From a virus (taxonomy: Duplodnaviria > Caudoviricetes), in the IMG/VR virus record IMGVR_UViG_3300037493_001173, positions 1 to 25,145 of that record: DNA of 25,145 nucleotides; one strand, given 5' to 3'. The notes beneath the pieces were generated by a model that did no database searches, was not told where the DNA came from, and saw only the letters and a list, made by a program, of their open reading frames with translations. Each line of letters starts with the position of its first letter. The first letter of the stretch is position 1. Of the stretch, positions 7,078-15,968 are shown piece by piece. The translations under genes and the position numbers were made by a program.

Positions 7078-8359
7078 TAGACAAAAAGAAGCATTGAATC
7101 ACCTTTCAATATCATCACCAATACAACAAGTGTTGTATGGTGGTGGTGCTGGTGGTGGTAAAACAAAACTTGGTTGTATCTGGACAATTCAACGAAGATT
7201 GAAGTATGCTGGAACTCGTTCACTGATTGGAAGAAGTAAACTTGATACACTGAAGAAAACAACTTTGAATACCTTCTTTGAAACTTGTGCTGAAATGCAA
7301 TTGAAATCTGGTTTGCATTACACATTCAATGGACAAGCAAACATCATAAAATTTTTCAATGGAAGTGAAATCATATTGAAAGATTTGTTCAGCTATCCAG
7401 CAGATAAAAATTTCGATTCACTTGGTTCGCTTGAAATCACAGATTATTTTTGCGATGAAGTTTCTGAAATCAGTGAAAAAGCAATTGCAATTGTACATTC
7501 CAGATGCAGATTCAAATTGAATGAATACGATTTAATTCCAAAAGGATTACTTACTTGCAATCCATCAAAGAACTGGATATACAATGAATTTTATTTGAAA
7601 GCAAAGAATGATGAACTTCCAGAACATCGTGCATTTGTTCAGGCATTACCAACTGATAACCCATTTCTTCCAGCATCATATCTTGAATCACTTCGATTGC
7701 TTCCAGATTATGATAGAAAAAGATTGTTACTTGGAAACTGGGAATACGATGATGATTCTGATAAAATATTTAGCAGTGAACATTTGAATATTGCTTTTCG
7801 AAATGAGATTCTATCTGGTATTAAATACATCACTTGTGATGTCGCGCGATTTGGAAAAGATAGAACCATTATTTGTGTTTGGAATGGTCTTTCATTGCTT
7901 CAAATAAAAGAGTTGAAAAGGTCTTCCATTACAGATACATATGAACTGATTGAATCACTGCGTAAAGAACACCAGATAATGATTCAGAACATAATTTGTG
8001 ATGAAGATGGAATCGGTGGTGGTCTTTGTGACATCGGAAAATACAAAGGATTTCAGAATGGTTCAAAGGCAAAGCATCCAGATAGATTTGTAAATATAAA
8101 AGCGGAATGCTTTTTCAAACTTGCAGAATTCATTGAAAAAAACAAAATCACTTTTCTTGCAAATGAATGGAAGGAACAAATCATTTCCGAATTGCAGATG
8201 ATAAAAAGACATAAAGCGGATTCTGATTCTAAACTTGCAGTAACTCCAAAAGATGTCATCAAAATGCGTGAAGGAAAATCACCAGATATTGCAGATGCAA
8301 TTATGATGCGTATGTATTATGAGTTGAATGCAAACACTGGAAAATATGTTTTCGCTTAA
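7052..8359 (+). CDS. terL: Terminase large subunit
   Basis: Walker A GGGAGGGKT, Walker B YFCDE, coupling motif TCNP, nuclease motifs 'CDVARFGKD' and 'SPDIADA'; 435 aa. Confidence 0.95.
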   Translation: MKYEPTFLDRQKEALNHLSISSPIQQVLYGGGAGGGKTKLGCIWTIQRRLKYAGTRSLIGRSKLDTLKKTTLNTFFETCAEMQLKSGLHYTFNGQANIIKFFNGSEIILKDLFSYPADKNFDSLGSLEITDYFCDEVSEISEKAIAIVHSRCRFKLNEYDLIPKGLLTCNPSKNWIYNEFYLKAKNDELPEHRAFVQALPTDNPFLPASYLESLRLLPDYDRKRLLLGNWEYDDDSDKIFSSEHLNIAFRNEILSGIKYITCDVARFGKDRTIICVWNGLSLLQIKELKRSSITDTYELIESLRKEHQIMIQNIICDEDGIGGGLCDIGKYKGFQNGSKAKHPDRFVNIKAECFFKLAEFIEKNKITFLANEWKEQIISELQMIKRHKADSDSKLAVTPKDVIKMREGKSPDIADAIMMRMYYELNANTGKYVFA

Positions 8360-8418
8360 TGTGGAAATGTTAATTCTTTTCTGCCTGATAAATTGTATTA
8401 ATTGTTAATTTTAAGATT

Positions 8419-8637
8419 ATGAGTAAAACAACAACAAATGTCAAATCAGTGACAAAGAAATCACCAGCACTGAAAACCAATGCAAGAAAACTTGCAGTTC
8501 GTGTATGGATGAAAGAAATGAAAGAACTTGGAATCAATCCAGCAATTAATTCTGTATCTGATTTTCTTAATATGTATTGTGATGGAACACTTTCATCAGC
8601 AACTACAATTGCAAGAGCATCAAGGAAACTGGATTAG
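8419..8637 (+). CDS. Hypothetical basic protein (72 aa)
   Basis: ORF track. Confidence 0.65.
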   Translation: MSKTTTNVKSVTKKSPALKTNARKLAVRVWMKEMKELGINPAINSVSDFLNMYCDGTLSSATTIARASRKLD

Positions 8638-8638
8638 A

Positions 8639-8794
8639 ATGGAAGGTTGGGAATCAAAAGAAAATGCAATTGAATTTGCATTGTGGTTGAAGGAAAACCA
8701 ATATGATTTCGACAAGAATAAATGTGTGTATCACGATGGCTTTTATGTTGGAACACTTTCTGAATTGTATTCAGAATTTATGATTGATTCATAA
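8639..8794 (+). CDS. Hypothetical protein (51 aa)
   Basis: Start moved to ATG 8639 (MEGWESKENAIEFALWLKEN...), 1 nt after the upstream stop. Confidence 0.6.
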   Translation: MEGWESKENAIEFALWLKENQYDFDKNKCVYHDGFYVGTLSELYSEFMIDS

Positions 8795-9205
8795 AGCCAA
8801 AAGAACACCACAAACAAATCCGATTGAAAGAGAAATGGGAATTGCAATCAATGTTGCTTTCTTCCATTTCTTTTTTCGTGCAGATTCATCTTGTAGTTCA
8901 CCAGATGCAATCTGATTTAACTTCTTCAATCGTGAAATGTTTTCTTCATACAACTTGATTTGGTCTTCATAATTGTATGCAATCATTTTGTATTTGCTGA
9001 TTAATGAATCATCAATGGAAATCATTCTGGTATGGATTAAATATTGTTGATGGAAGAATCTTTCTGAAGCAATTACTTTGTTCAACAACAAAGCATCATT
9101 CACCAAAAGACATATACTTGTATCTGATGGAATCAATGTTTTTTGAGAGTAACAAAAGTTGTTCATCAGCATCAAGACCATCAATGAAATCAATTTCTTT
9201 ATCAT
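8789..9205 (-). CDS. Spanin-like protein (signal peptide, coiled coil, C-terminal TM)
   Basis: Hydrophobic N-terminus, coiled-coil middle, 'KKKWKKATLIAIPISLSIGFVCGVLLAL' C-terminus; overlaps the upstream gene by 110 nt, like Rz/Rz1. Confidence 0.55.
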   Translation of the reverse strand: MIKKLISLMVLMLMNNFCYSQKTLIPSDTSICLLVNDALLLNKVIASERFFHQQYLIHTRMISIDDSLISKYKMIAYNYEDQIKLYEENISRLKKLNQIASGELQDESARKKKWKKATLIAIPISLSIGFVCGVLLAL

Positions 9206-9464
9206 ATTGTTTTTTGTTTTTCTGAAGTAATTTTCTGTACATATTAATTTCCAGATTCAAATTATGAATGTGATTATTCAGTGCAATGTTTTGTCCAGTT
9301 AGAACATCAATCATTGAATCATTCTGAACAATTTCTTTCTGGATTACTTGCACTGGTCTTTCAACAATCATTCTTTTGCAAAGCATCATCCAGATTACTG
9401 ATGTAATCAAAACAAGTGCAACAACAACCAGAAGATTCTTCTGAAGACTATTTAATTTTACCAT
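9096..9464 (-). CDS. Inner-membrane spanin-like protein
   Basis: Start at ATG 9464; N-terminal TM 'LLVVVALVLITSVIWMML' followed by coiled coil; end of the lysis cassette. Confidence 0.6.
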   Translation of the reverse strand: MVKLNSLQKNLLVVVALVLITSVIWMMLCKRMIVERPVQVIQKEIVQNDSMIDVLTGQNIALNNHIHNLNLEINMYRKLLQKNKKQYDKEIDFIDGLDADEQLLLLSKNIDSIRYKYMSFGE

Positions 9465-10446
9465 CGTGAATTCTGTAATTAGTGAATTTGTAATCACCTT
9501 TTTTATTTATCAATTCTGCAATTCCAAATCCAAGATTCCATCTGTTGAAAGGCATATAATCAGGTGATAATTCACACAAGCAACCAACAGAATAAGTCAT
9601 TACTATTTCACCATTCGCATTCGTTTCTTGATTCTCTGATGTCTGGTGATGATGTCCACAAACAGAATCTGTTTTCGTTTTGTTATAAAGTGATTTTGAA
9701 ACTGATGTTGGTGAACCAGAACCAGCTGGAAATTCGTGTCCGTGAAATACATTCAGTTTTCCAAATGTTGCTTTTGATTTTCCTTCAATGTAATGAACAT
9801 TGTTCTTATCCAGATGAAGTAATTCTTGAAAAGAAAATGCATCAATATCAATCAACTCTGGTGCTTTCAATCTCATATATCTCCAGTATCTATCTTCGTG
9901 ATTTCCTTCTTTGTAATAAAGATGTGCATCTGGAAATCTTTCGCGAAGCATATGAAGGAATGTTCGCATTGCATAAAGTTCTTCTTTGAAATTTCTTTTC
10001 TTCGCGTCTTTTTCAAATGTGCTTAATGAATAACAATCAAGCGCATCACCAACCAATGCAATTGCATCACATCCTTCTTTTTCAATTTGCATCAATGCTA
10101 AATTCAATGCATTCACATCGTGATATGGAATATGAATATCATAAAGCAATCCAATCTTCTTTCCTTCCAGCTTGTACACAATTCTTTTTTTCGCATCTGA
10201 TTCTGGAAGAACAAATGGTGCATATGGTCTTGATTCTTTTTCCATAAATTTTTTGTTTGTGATTTCTTTTCTGTGCTTTGTTCCAGATTTACCACGATAA
10301 TAATTTATCCTTGACCTAATGTTTACAATGGTTGCAAATGATTCAGGATTGTTTTTGTAAATCAGTTTTGCAAGTGTTAATGATGGAAGATGCTTGTACT
10401 TTTCAAGATATTCAAGAATGATTTTTACATCAGGATTGTTGTTCAT
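9448..10446 (-). CDS. Calcineurin-like metallophosphoesterase with N-terminal HTH-like region
   Basis: All five motifs present: DIH, GDALD, GNHE, HGH, GHHH. Start set at ATG 10446. Confidence 0.85.
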   Translation of the reverse strand: MNNNPDVKIILEYLEKYKHLPSLTLAKLIYKNNPESFATIVNIRSRINYYRGKSGTKHRKEITNKKFMEKESRPYAPFVLPESDAKKRIVYKLEGKKIGLLYDIHIPYHDVNALNLALMQIEKEGCDAIALVGDALDCYSLSTFEKDAKKRNFKEELYAMRTFLHMLRERFPDAHLYYKEGNHEDRYWRYMRLKAPELIDIDAFSFQELLHLDKNNVHYIEGKSKATFGKLNVFHGHEFPAGSGSPTSVSKSLYNKTKTDSVCGHHHQTSENQETNANGEIVMTYSVGCLCELSPDYMPFNRWNLGFGIAELINKKGDYKFTNYRIHDGKIK

Positions 10447-10669
10447 CTGTTTTTTTCTTAAAGATTTTTTCAAGAACATTCAAACCAATTCCACCACCAG
10501 CTAATAAACACAAACCATCAAACATAAATTCTGGTGCAACTTTTTCTTCATTGTTGTACACTGCAATGTACATTGTCACAACCAGATTCATCACCAGAAA
10601 TAAAGCAATGATTCTTTTACTTGAAACATCACCTTTTGAACTTAACATTGATTTGATAAAATCAATCAT
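10430..10669 (-). CDS. Holin-like 2-TM membrane protein (79 aa)
   Basis: MIDFIKSMLSSKGDVSSKRIIALF...; two hydrophobic segments and a charged tail; in the lysis cassette. Confidence 0.6.
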   Translation of the reverse strand: MIDFIKSMLSSKGDVSSKRIIALFLVMNLVVTMYIAVYNNEEKVAPEFMFDGLCLLAGGGIGLNVLEKIFKKKTDEQQS

Positions 10670-10842
10670 CTTTTCTTTTTCAGCATCTTCACAATCGTGA
10701 ATATGGATGCTATTCCAGATAAAACCAAACAAAGCATTTTCATTGCAAATTCGACATCAAGCAACCAAGCTGGTATGCTTAAAAATATTGATGTTGTTGT
10801 TCCAACTACACCATCAAAAACTTGTTGTTGATGATTACTCAT
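10666..10842 (-). CDS. Second holin-like membrane protein (58 aa)
   Basis: Manual translation MSNHQQQVFDGVVGTTTSIFLSIPAWLLDVEFAMKMLCLVLSGIASIFTIVKMLKKKR*; ATGA overlaps on both sides. Confidence 0.65.
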   Translation of the reverse strand: MSNHQQQVFDGVVGTTTSIFLSIPAWLLDVEFAMKMLCLVLSGIASIFTIVKMLKKKR

Positions 10843-11390
10843 AAATCAGATTCTTTCAAAAGTGTGTATGTGAAATAATTCATTCCGCTTGATTGAATTC
10901 TATTCATAAAGTTTTCGAATTGCACTGGATTATTTATTACTTGACAACCAGCACTCCATTTTTCAATCAGTGATGAAGTTGCTTTTGGATTTGCACGATG
11001 GATGTTGATTCCGAATAATCCTTTGTCCACAACACCAATTTCTTCAGCACTTTCATTCTTGTTATTATCACGATATACTTCAACTGGTGCATACTGAACA
11101 AGTGCTTTATATTCACCTTTATGCAAACCAATTTTGTATGCATTCAGATATTGATTTGGTTTTAATACTGCACATCCTTTTGGATTCATCAGGTTCAACA
11201 ACCAATGTCTTCCAGCATTTGTTGTGCAATTAAACCAGTATGTATTTTCACCATCAACTATTCCAATGAAATCATCAAATTTATTTTTTTCATTTGCAGT
11301 TGAACGAATTCCAACAATGTGAAAATTCATCCAAGCATATCCTTTTCTTGAAAAGATTTCACGAAGTTTATTTGCGTTTGGTGTTTGCAT
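10839..11390 (-). CDS. Putative endolysin with L,D-transpeptidase (YkuD)-like His/Cys motif
   Basis: 'GINIHRANPKATSSLIEKWSAGCQV' = H-x14-S-x-G-C; directly upstream of the holin-like genes. Confidence 0.6.
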   Translation of the reverse strand: MQTPNANKLREIFSRKGYAWMNFHIVGIRSTANEKNKFDDFIGIVDGENTYWFNCTTNAGRHWLLNLMNPKGCAVLKPNQYLNAYKIGLHKGEYKALVQYAPVEVYRDNNKNESAEEIGVVDKGLFGINIHRANPKATSSLIEKWSAGCQVINNPVQFENFMNRIQSSGMNYFTYTLLKESDL

Positions 11391-11481
11391 TATTTTTTAT
11401 TTCTTGTTTTCTTTTTTCTAAATACACACGAAGTTTTTCTTCGTACTTCTTTCTTTCAACTCTTTTGTTTTCATCTTTCAT
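11368..11481 (-). CDS. Small basic protein (37 aa)
   Basis: MKDENKRVERKKYEEKLRVYLEKRKQEIKNNANTKRK*; ATGA coupling with the adaptor gene. Confidence 0.55.
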   Translation of the reverse strand: MKDENKRVERKKYEEKLRVYLEKRKQEIKNNANTKRK

Positions 11482-12038
11482 TTGAACCAGCATTTTGGGA
11501 ATCTTGGAATTTGTGTTCTTCCTTCTGATATCATCCAAGCATTCGATTCATACACTTCTTTTTCAGCCCAAATACCATTTGATTCATTGGTTGAATATGC
11601 TGGATATAATGTTGAATTATTAAACAAGTATTGCACCATTCTTTTTGTGTAAAATAATGCTTTGTCTTTTGTTTGGTCACGATATCTGAACAAGTCTTCA
11701 GGTGCAATTTGTGTTGTATCATCCGATTCACGAATCACAATTGAACCATTATCAGTTTTCATATACAGATGTGGTAAAAGTTCATACAAACTCCACCAAC
11801 AAGTTGCCCTTCGAATGTATTCATCAAGCAAAATCTGATTCTCAATTGTTACATCATCATCTTTGATTTCTTGTTTAATTAGTTTGAACAAATCTTCACC
11901 AAGATATTGCTGAATGTATTCATCTTGTGCAAGATAAATTGCTGGAAACATCAGATTTTCATCAACACTTCCATTCAACCAAGTGTAACGCTTGATGTAA
12001 TCACTATTCACAAATAAAACTTCAGGTTCTAATGACAT
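11478..12038 (-). CDS. Head-tail adaptor/connector-like virion protein
   Basis: 186 aa, helical, directly after the portal; 'IYLAQDEYIQQYLGEDLF' pattern. Confidence 0.55.
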   Translation of the reverse strand: MSLEPEVLFVNSDYIKRYTWLNGSVDENLMFPAIYLAQDEYIQQYLGEDLFKLIKQEIKDDDVTIENQILLDEYIRRATCWWSLYELLPHLYMKTDNGSIVIRESDDTTQIAPEDLFRYRDQTKDKALFYTKRMVQYLFNNSTLYPAYSTNESNGIWAEKEVYESNAWMISEGRTQIPRFPKCWFK

Positions 12039-12043
12039 ATTAT

Positions 12044-14035
12044 TTAGTTTAATTTTCCACGATTTGCAGTATCATTTGGTCTGATTGATTCTTCACCTTT
12101 TGGAAAAAGATTGTTTGCTTCTTTTGTGTTCACCTGAACATCATTTTTCAATCCATCATTCTTCAAGAATTTTCCATCCTTTCTTTTTCTGAAGAAAATC
12201 AATCTCTTGAAGTTATGTCTACAATAGCAACCGCCCTTCCAGATGAACAAATTATATCCACCATCTGAACCAGCTGGTGCAAATTGTTTATTCACTCCAG
12301 CATCAGACATATCTTGAATATCTTCATACTTAAATATGATTCCTTTCTTTGAAAGTGAAACCATCTGTTGACAAAAATTTCTTGTCACAAGTTCACCATC
12401 TTTCCAAGTGAGATTTTGTGAATATTGATATCTGATTTTGTACAATCCAGAATCCATTTCATCACTCTTTTCATTTGGCTTTGCGTATGATTTCAATTCA
12501 CTTTGCGTTTCCATAAATGCAAATTGATATTGTTGTTCTTCTTCTGGTGTTCCAGCATCAGTTTCTGAAATCAATTCCCATTCTTCTGAATCAATTACTT
12601 CACCAACAAGTTCCAATTTGTTCAACCAATATTCTTCAATTTCTGGTGTTGGTTCAACTCCTTTTTCTGATTTCAATTCAGTGATTGAACAACTCTTTTT
12701 TTTTTGTGCTGATAATTGTGCAACTGCATTTCCAGTTGTTTCAAACATTGATTGTGCAACATCAACATCAAGACCAAGAAACTGAACCAAGAATACAATT
12801 GCTTGTTCCTTTGTTAATGTTCCCAAACCAACACTTGCGACAATCTCTAATGCGCTTGAAATTTGCGCACCATTGTATGTTACATCAGAAACTTTTTCAG
12901 ATGGTGTTGTACTTGGTGTTGTGCTTGTTGATTCAGGTGCTTGTGTTGGTGTTTCTGCAACTGGTTGTTGAACTACATCAACAGAATCAAACATATCATT
13001 CTGGATGAATTCAAAATCACCTAAAAATGCAAACGCATCTTTTACTATTTGTTGAAATGGTTTGATTACTTGATTCTTGAAGATTTCAAATGCAATTACC
13101 ATTTCATCTTTGTTGCTTCCAAAACCAGTTCCACCAGTGCGAACACCAAACAATAATGGTGAAGTACATCGGTGTGCAACAATTGTTTGACTGGTACATT
13201 CTTCAGATAAGAATTGATATTGTTTATCTGCATCAGTTAATGGAAATGGAACAATCTGTGGTGCTTTGGAAATGTCTTCATTGAATGTCATTATAAACTT
13301 TCCAGCTTGTTGAACACCAGTCATTTTTGATTCCCATTCATCCTTGATTGCTTCGCGTTCTTCGTATGATGGTGTACCATTCATAAAATTAATAATCATC
13401 GAAGGCATTAAACCATTCTGAATATTTGAATTATGAAAGATTCCAATTTGTGTTGCAAGTTCAATGTAATTCAAACCACCAGAATAATCTGGTCTTGAAT
13501 ACCACATACTTGATGGTGACATTGTGAATCCATAAACAACTTGTCTTGGTTCATTCGATGCACTTTCAGGATTATATTTTGGAATGAAAACTGGTTTGTT
13601 TTTTTTCTCTCTATGTTTTCTCCAGTCATTAGAATAAAACACACCAGTGATTTCATCTTCATCAGAGTTGTATGCTAATCTGCAATTCTCAAATGGAAGA
13701 TGATTGATTTTTACAATCTCTGTATAATTAATATTCCAGATTACTTCAGAATAAAATCCACCTTGCAATTTCAAATCAAAACAGATTCCCTGAACTGCAT
13801 TGTTTATGATTTCATTTGTAGTTCCTTTTCCAGCTATCATAAACGAAATCGAATTCACAAGTGCATTGTGAACTGGTGCATTGTTGTATAGTTGTATGAT
13901 GAAATCTGGATAATTATTCCGCACACCATAATCAATCCAACCACTGCGATTTTCTTTTTCAACTGCAAGTTCTGAAGTGTACGTTGCAAGTGAAACTTGT
14001 TGAATAGAATTCTTCAATTTATCTATAGATGACAT
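12044..14035 (-). CDS. Portal protein with C-terminal MuF-like (minor head) domain
   Basis: HK97-type portal core ('NNAPVHNALVN', 'NGLMPSMII', 'IVAHRCTSPLLFGV'), P/S/T linker, then 'RNFCQQM...KGGCYCRHNF' Cys/His motif. Confidence 0.85.
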   Translation of the reverse strand: MSSIDKLKNSIQQVSLATYTSELAVEKENRSGWIDYGVRNNYPDFIIQLYNNAPVHNALVNSISFMIAGKGTTNEIINNAVQGICFDLKLQGGFYSEVIWNINYTEIVKINHLPFENCRLAYNSDEDEITGVFYSNDWRKHREKKNKPVFIPKYNPESASNEPRQVVYGFTMSPSSMWYSRPDYSGGLNYIELATQIGIFHNSNIQNGLMPSMIINFMNGTPSYEEREAIKDEWESKMTGVQQAGKFIMTFNEDISKAPQIVPFPLTDADKQYQFLSEECTSQTIVAHRCTSPLLFGVRTGGTGFGSNKDEMVIAFEIFKNQVIKPFQQIVKDAFAFLGDFEFIQNDMFDSVDVVQQPVAETPTQAPESTSTTPSTTPSEKVSDVTYNGAQISSALEIVASVGLGTLTKEQAIVFLVQFLGLDVDVAQSMFETTGNAVAQLSAQKKKSCSITELKSEKGVEPTPEIEEYWLNKLELVGEVIDSEEWELISETDAGTPEEEQQYQFAFMETQSELKSYAKPNEKSDEMDSGLYKIRYQYSQNLTWKDGELVTRNFCQQMVSLSKKGIIFKYEDIQDMSDAGVNKQFAPAGSDGGYNLFIWKGGCYCRHNFKRLIFFRKRKDGKFLKNDGLKNDVQVNTKEANNLFPKGEESIRPNDTANRGKLN

Positions 14036-14396
14036 CTGTTGGAAGTATTAATGGTGTTGCATCATAGAACTCTTGTGATGTTGTCAAATCACCTTGACCA
14101 ACTTCAACAAGACCAACAACCGATGCATTGTTTATATCTATGTTCGTGCTTGAATTTTGACCATACACTTCATATCGGTATGTTCCAGTATCAATCAATG
14201 ATTCTGTTGTCAATTTTATTTTTGTGAATCTCTCATTCTCTTGAATGATTTCCACAACTTGATGCAAAGATTTGTTTGATAATTCTTTTGAAAGAACCAT
14301 CAAATAATGTGTGAATGATTCTGTGAAGAATGTTCTTCCTTCAGCTAATGTCAACCACAAATATTGTTCTGGTGTATCAGTGAGCAAATAAATCAT
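14019..14396 (-). CDS. Putative virion structural protein (125 aa, beta-rich)
   Basis: ORF track; between tail tube and portal. Confidence 0.55.
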   Translation of the reverse strand: MIYLLTDTPEQYLWLTLAEGRTFFTESFTHYLMVLSKELSNKSLHQVVEIIQENERFTKIKLTTESLIDTGTYRYEVYGQNSSTNIDINNASVVGLVEVGQGDLTTSQEFYDATPLILPTDVIYR

Positions 14397-14424
14397 TCTA
14401 ATGTTTTTGGTTTATGAAATATAC

Positions 14425-14457
14425 GAAAAAGGAACACCACTATGATGTTCCCTTTTC
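14425..14457 (-). terminator. Intrinsic terminator after the tail tube gene
   Basis: Minus strand GGAACATCA-TAG-TGGTGTTCC-TTTTT with a U-G wobble valid on the minus strand. Confidence 0.75.
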
Positions 14458-14476
14458 AACATTTTATTGCATATGA

Positions 14477-14977
14477 TTATACAGGCAAATTTTCAATTGC
14501 AGTTTCTGTTAAGTGATATGCTGGATTTGGTGCTTCGTGAGTTAGTGCTAAATCATAACCATTGAAATCACCAAGAGCAGTTCCAGTTGATGCAGTTCTG
14601 GTGCTTAAATCAAGACCATTTTCGAATCCACAAAGAATGTAATTATCATTTGCGTCAACAACAATTGCCCAAATTCGTGATTGTGCAACTTGAATTAATT
14701 CATTTCTTTTTGCACTTGATAATCTATGAAGTTTCATAGAAATTGTTTGCGTATAAAAGATTGTAGAATTATCTCTGTTGAATGTTAATGGTTCATCAAA
14801 GTTTGCAGTTTGTGGTTGAAGGTCATAAATAAACCAATCATCATCTACATCAATAGATGAAACTTCACCATCTGTAAAACCAATTTCAGAACCACCTTTC
14901 GACTGGATATAAACTCTTTTTAATCCACCAGAAGATGTCTTACAATCCAGACCGAATCCAGAAGTTAATGTACACAT
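14477..14977 (-). CDS. Major tail (tube) protein
   Basis: 166 aa; 'CTLTSGFGLDCKTSSGGLKRVYI...TGTALGDFNGYDLAL' pattern; follows the capsid gene and is flanked by terminators. Confidence 0.65.
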   Translation of the reverse strand: MCTLTSGFGLDCKTSSGGLKRVYIQSKGGSEIGFTDGEVSSIDVDDDWFIYDLQPQTANFDEPLTFNRDNSTIFYTQTISMKLHRLSSAKRNELIQVAQSRIWAIVVDANDNYILCGFENGLDLSTRTASTGTALGDFNGYDLALTHEAPNPAYHLTETAIENLPV

Positions 14978-15006
14978 ATTATTTTTTTTTAATATTTATA
15001 TTGAAG

Positions 15007-15040
15007 AAAAAAACTGATGGTGTATGTTTCAACACCATCA
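15007..15040 (-). terminator. Intrinsic terminator after the major capsid gene
   Basis: Minus strand TGATGGTGT-TGAAACAT-ACACCATCA-GTTTTTTT. Confidence 0.75.
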
Positions 15041-15055
15041 ATCATTTTCAATTAA

Positions 15056-15964
15056 TTAGTCAACCCAATATACTGCGATGTCTTCACCAATTCCGTATTG
15101 AACACCAGCACTGAAGTTCATAATGAAACGAACATTTTTGCTTCCATCAAGAGTTCTCATATCAAGAACCGACACTTCATTATCTGCATCAAGCAAAGAT
15201 GTTCCTAAAAACATATTTGATTTCTTTGCAATCCAGATTGCATCATCATACATACCAGCACATTCCACGATTTGAAGACCTTCAAAAAGCATTGGAACTT
15301 CACCAGCATAGTATGTATCCAAATAACCTAATGACTGCATCTTGCGTAAGTACAAACGCGCAGTTTTTGGTGATACATATATCAATGGTTTTTCAGCACT
15401 TGCAAGAACTGAAGAAGGTAATTCATCAATTGTCAAATCAAGTTTTTCAATGATGTTTCCAGTTGTTAATGCAACTGGTGATGCAACAAGATTCACATCA
15501 GCTCTATCAGTTGCAATTTGGAAGAAACCATCCATCGAACCACTTCCAGCTTGTCCTTTCCAGATGTTGTTTTCAACTTCTGCAGAAACTTCAGCAATCA
15601 TATTTTGAATGATGTATTCAGTTAATGATGCTGGAATTGTTTCGTTCAATACAGAGAATCCCATATCACGAGTTTCCCAAGTGTTCACGAAATTAGTTTT
15701 GCAAAAAACTTCGTTCACTTTCAATTGCTTTACTGCAAGAACAATTTCACCAAGTGTTGCACCACTATCAGCAGTGAAATCACAAGACATATCTTGCAAT
15801 GTAACACCACCATTGAACAAACGAATTACTTCTTGGTAACGAACATTTGGTCTGATTGTTAAGTGTTGAACTGAATCAGCACTTTGAATTGATGCGCTAA
15901 TGTATTGACCAGCGAATTCACCAGTGTAACTATTATTTTCTATTACGGGGTATGTAGTCGGCAT
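15056..15964 (-). CDS. Major capsid protein
   Basis: 302 aa after protease and scaffold; HK97-like backbone helix 'MIAEVSAEVENNIWKG...DGF'. Confidence 0.85.
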   Translation of the reverse strand: MPTTYPVIENNSYTGEFAGQYISASIQSADSVQHLTIRPNVRYQEVIRLFNGGVTLQDMSCDFTADSGATLGEIVLAVKQLKVNEVFCKTNFVNTWETRDMGFSVLNETIPASLTEYIIQNMIAEVSAEVENNIWKGQAGSGSMDGFFQIATDRADVNLVASPVALTTGNIIEKLDLTIDELPSSVLASAEKPLIYVSPKTARLYLRKMQSLGYLDTYYAGEVPMLFEGLQIVECAGMYDDAIWIAKKSNMFLGTSLLDADNEVSVLDMRTLDGSKNVRFIMNFSAGVQYGIGEDIAVYWVD

Positions 15965-15968
15965 TTTT

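Noticed and set aside
1257-8262. Minus-strand ORFs in the early arm (e.g. 2044-2457, 3303-3611, 4503-4904)
   Set aside because: Antisense shadows of well-supported + strand genes, with F/C/L-biased composition and no motifs.
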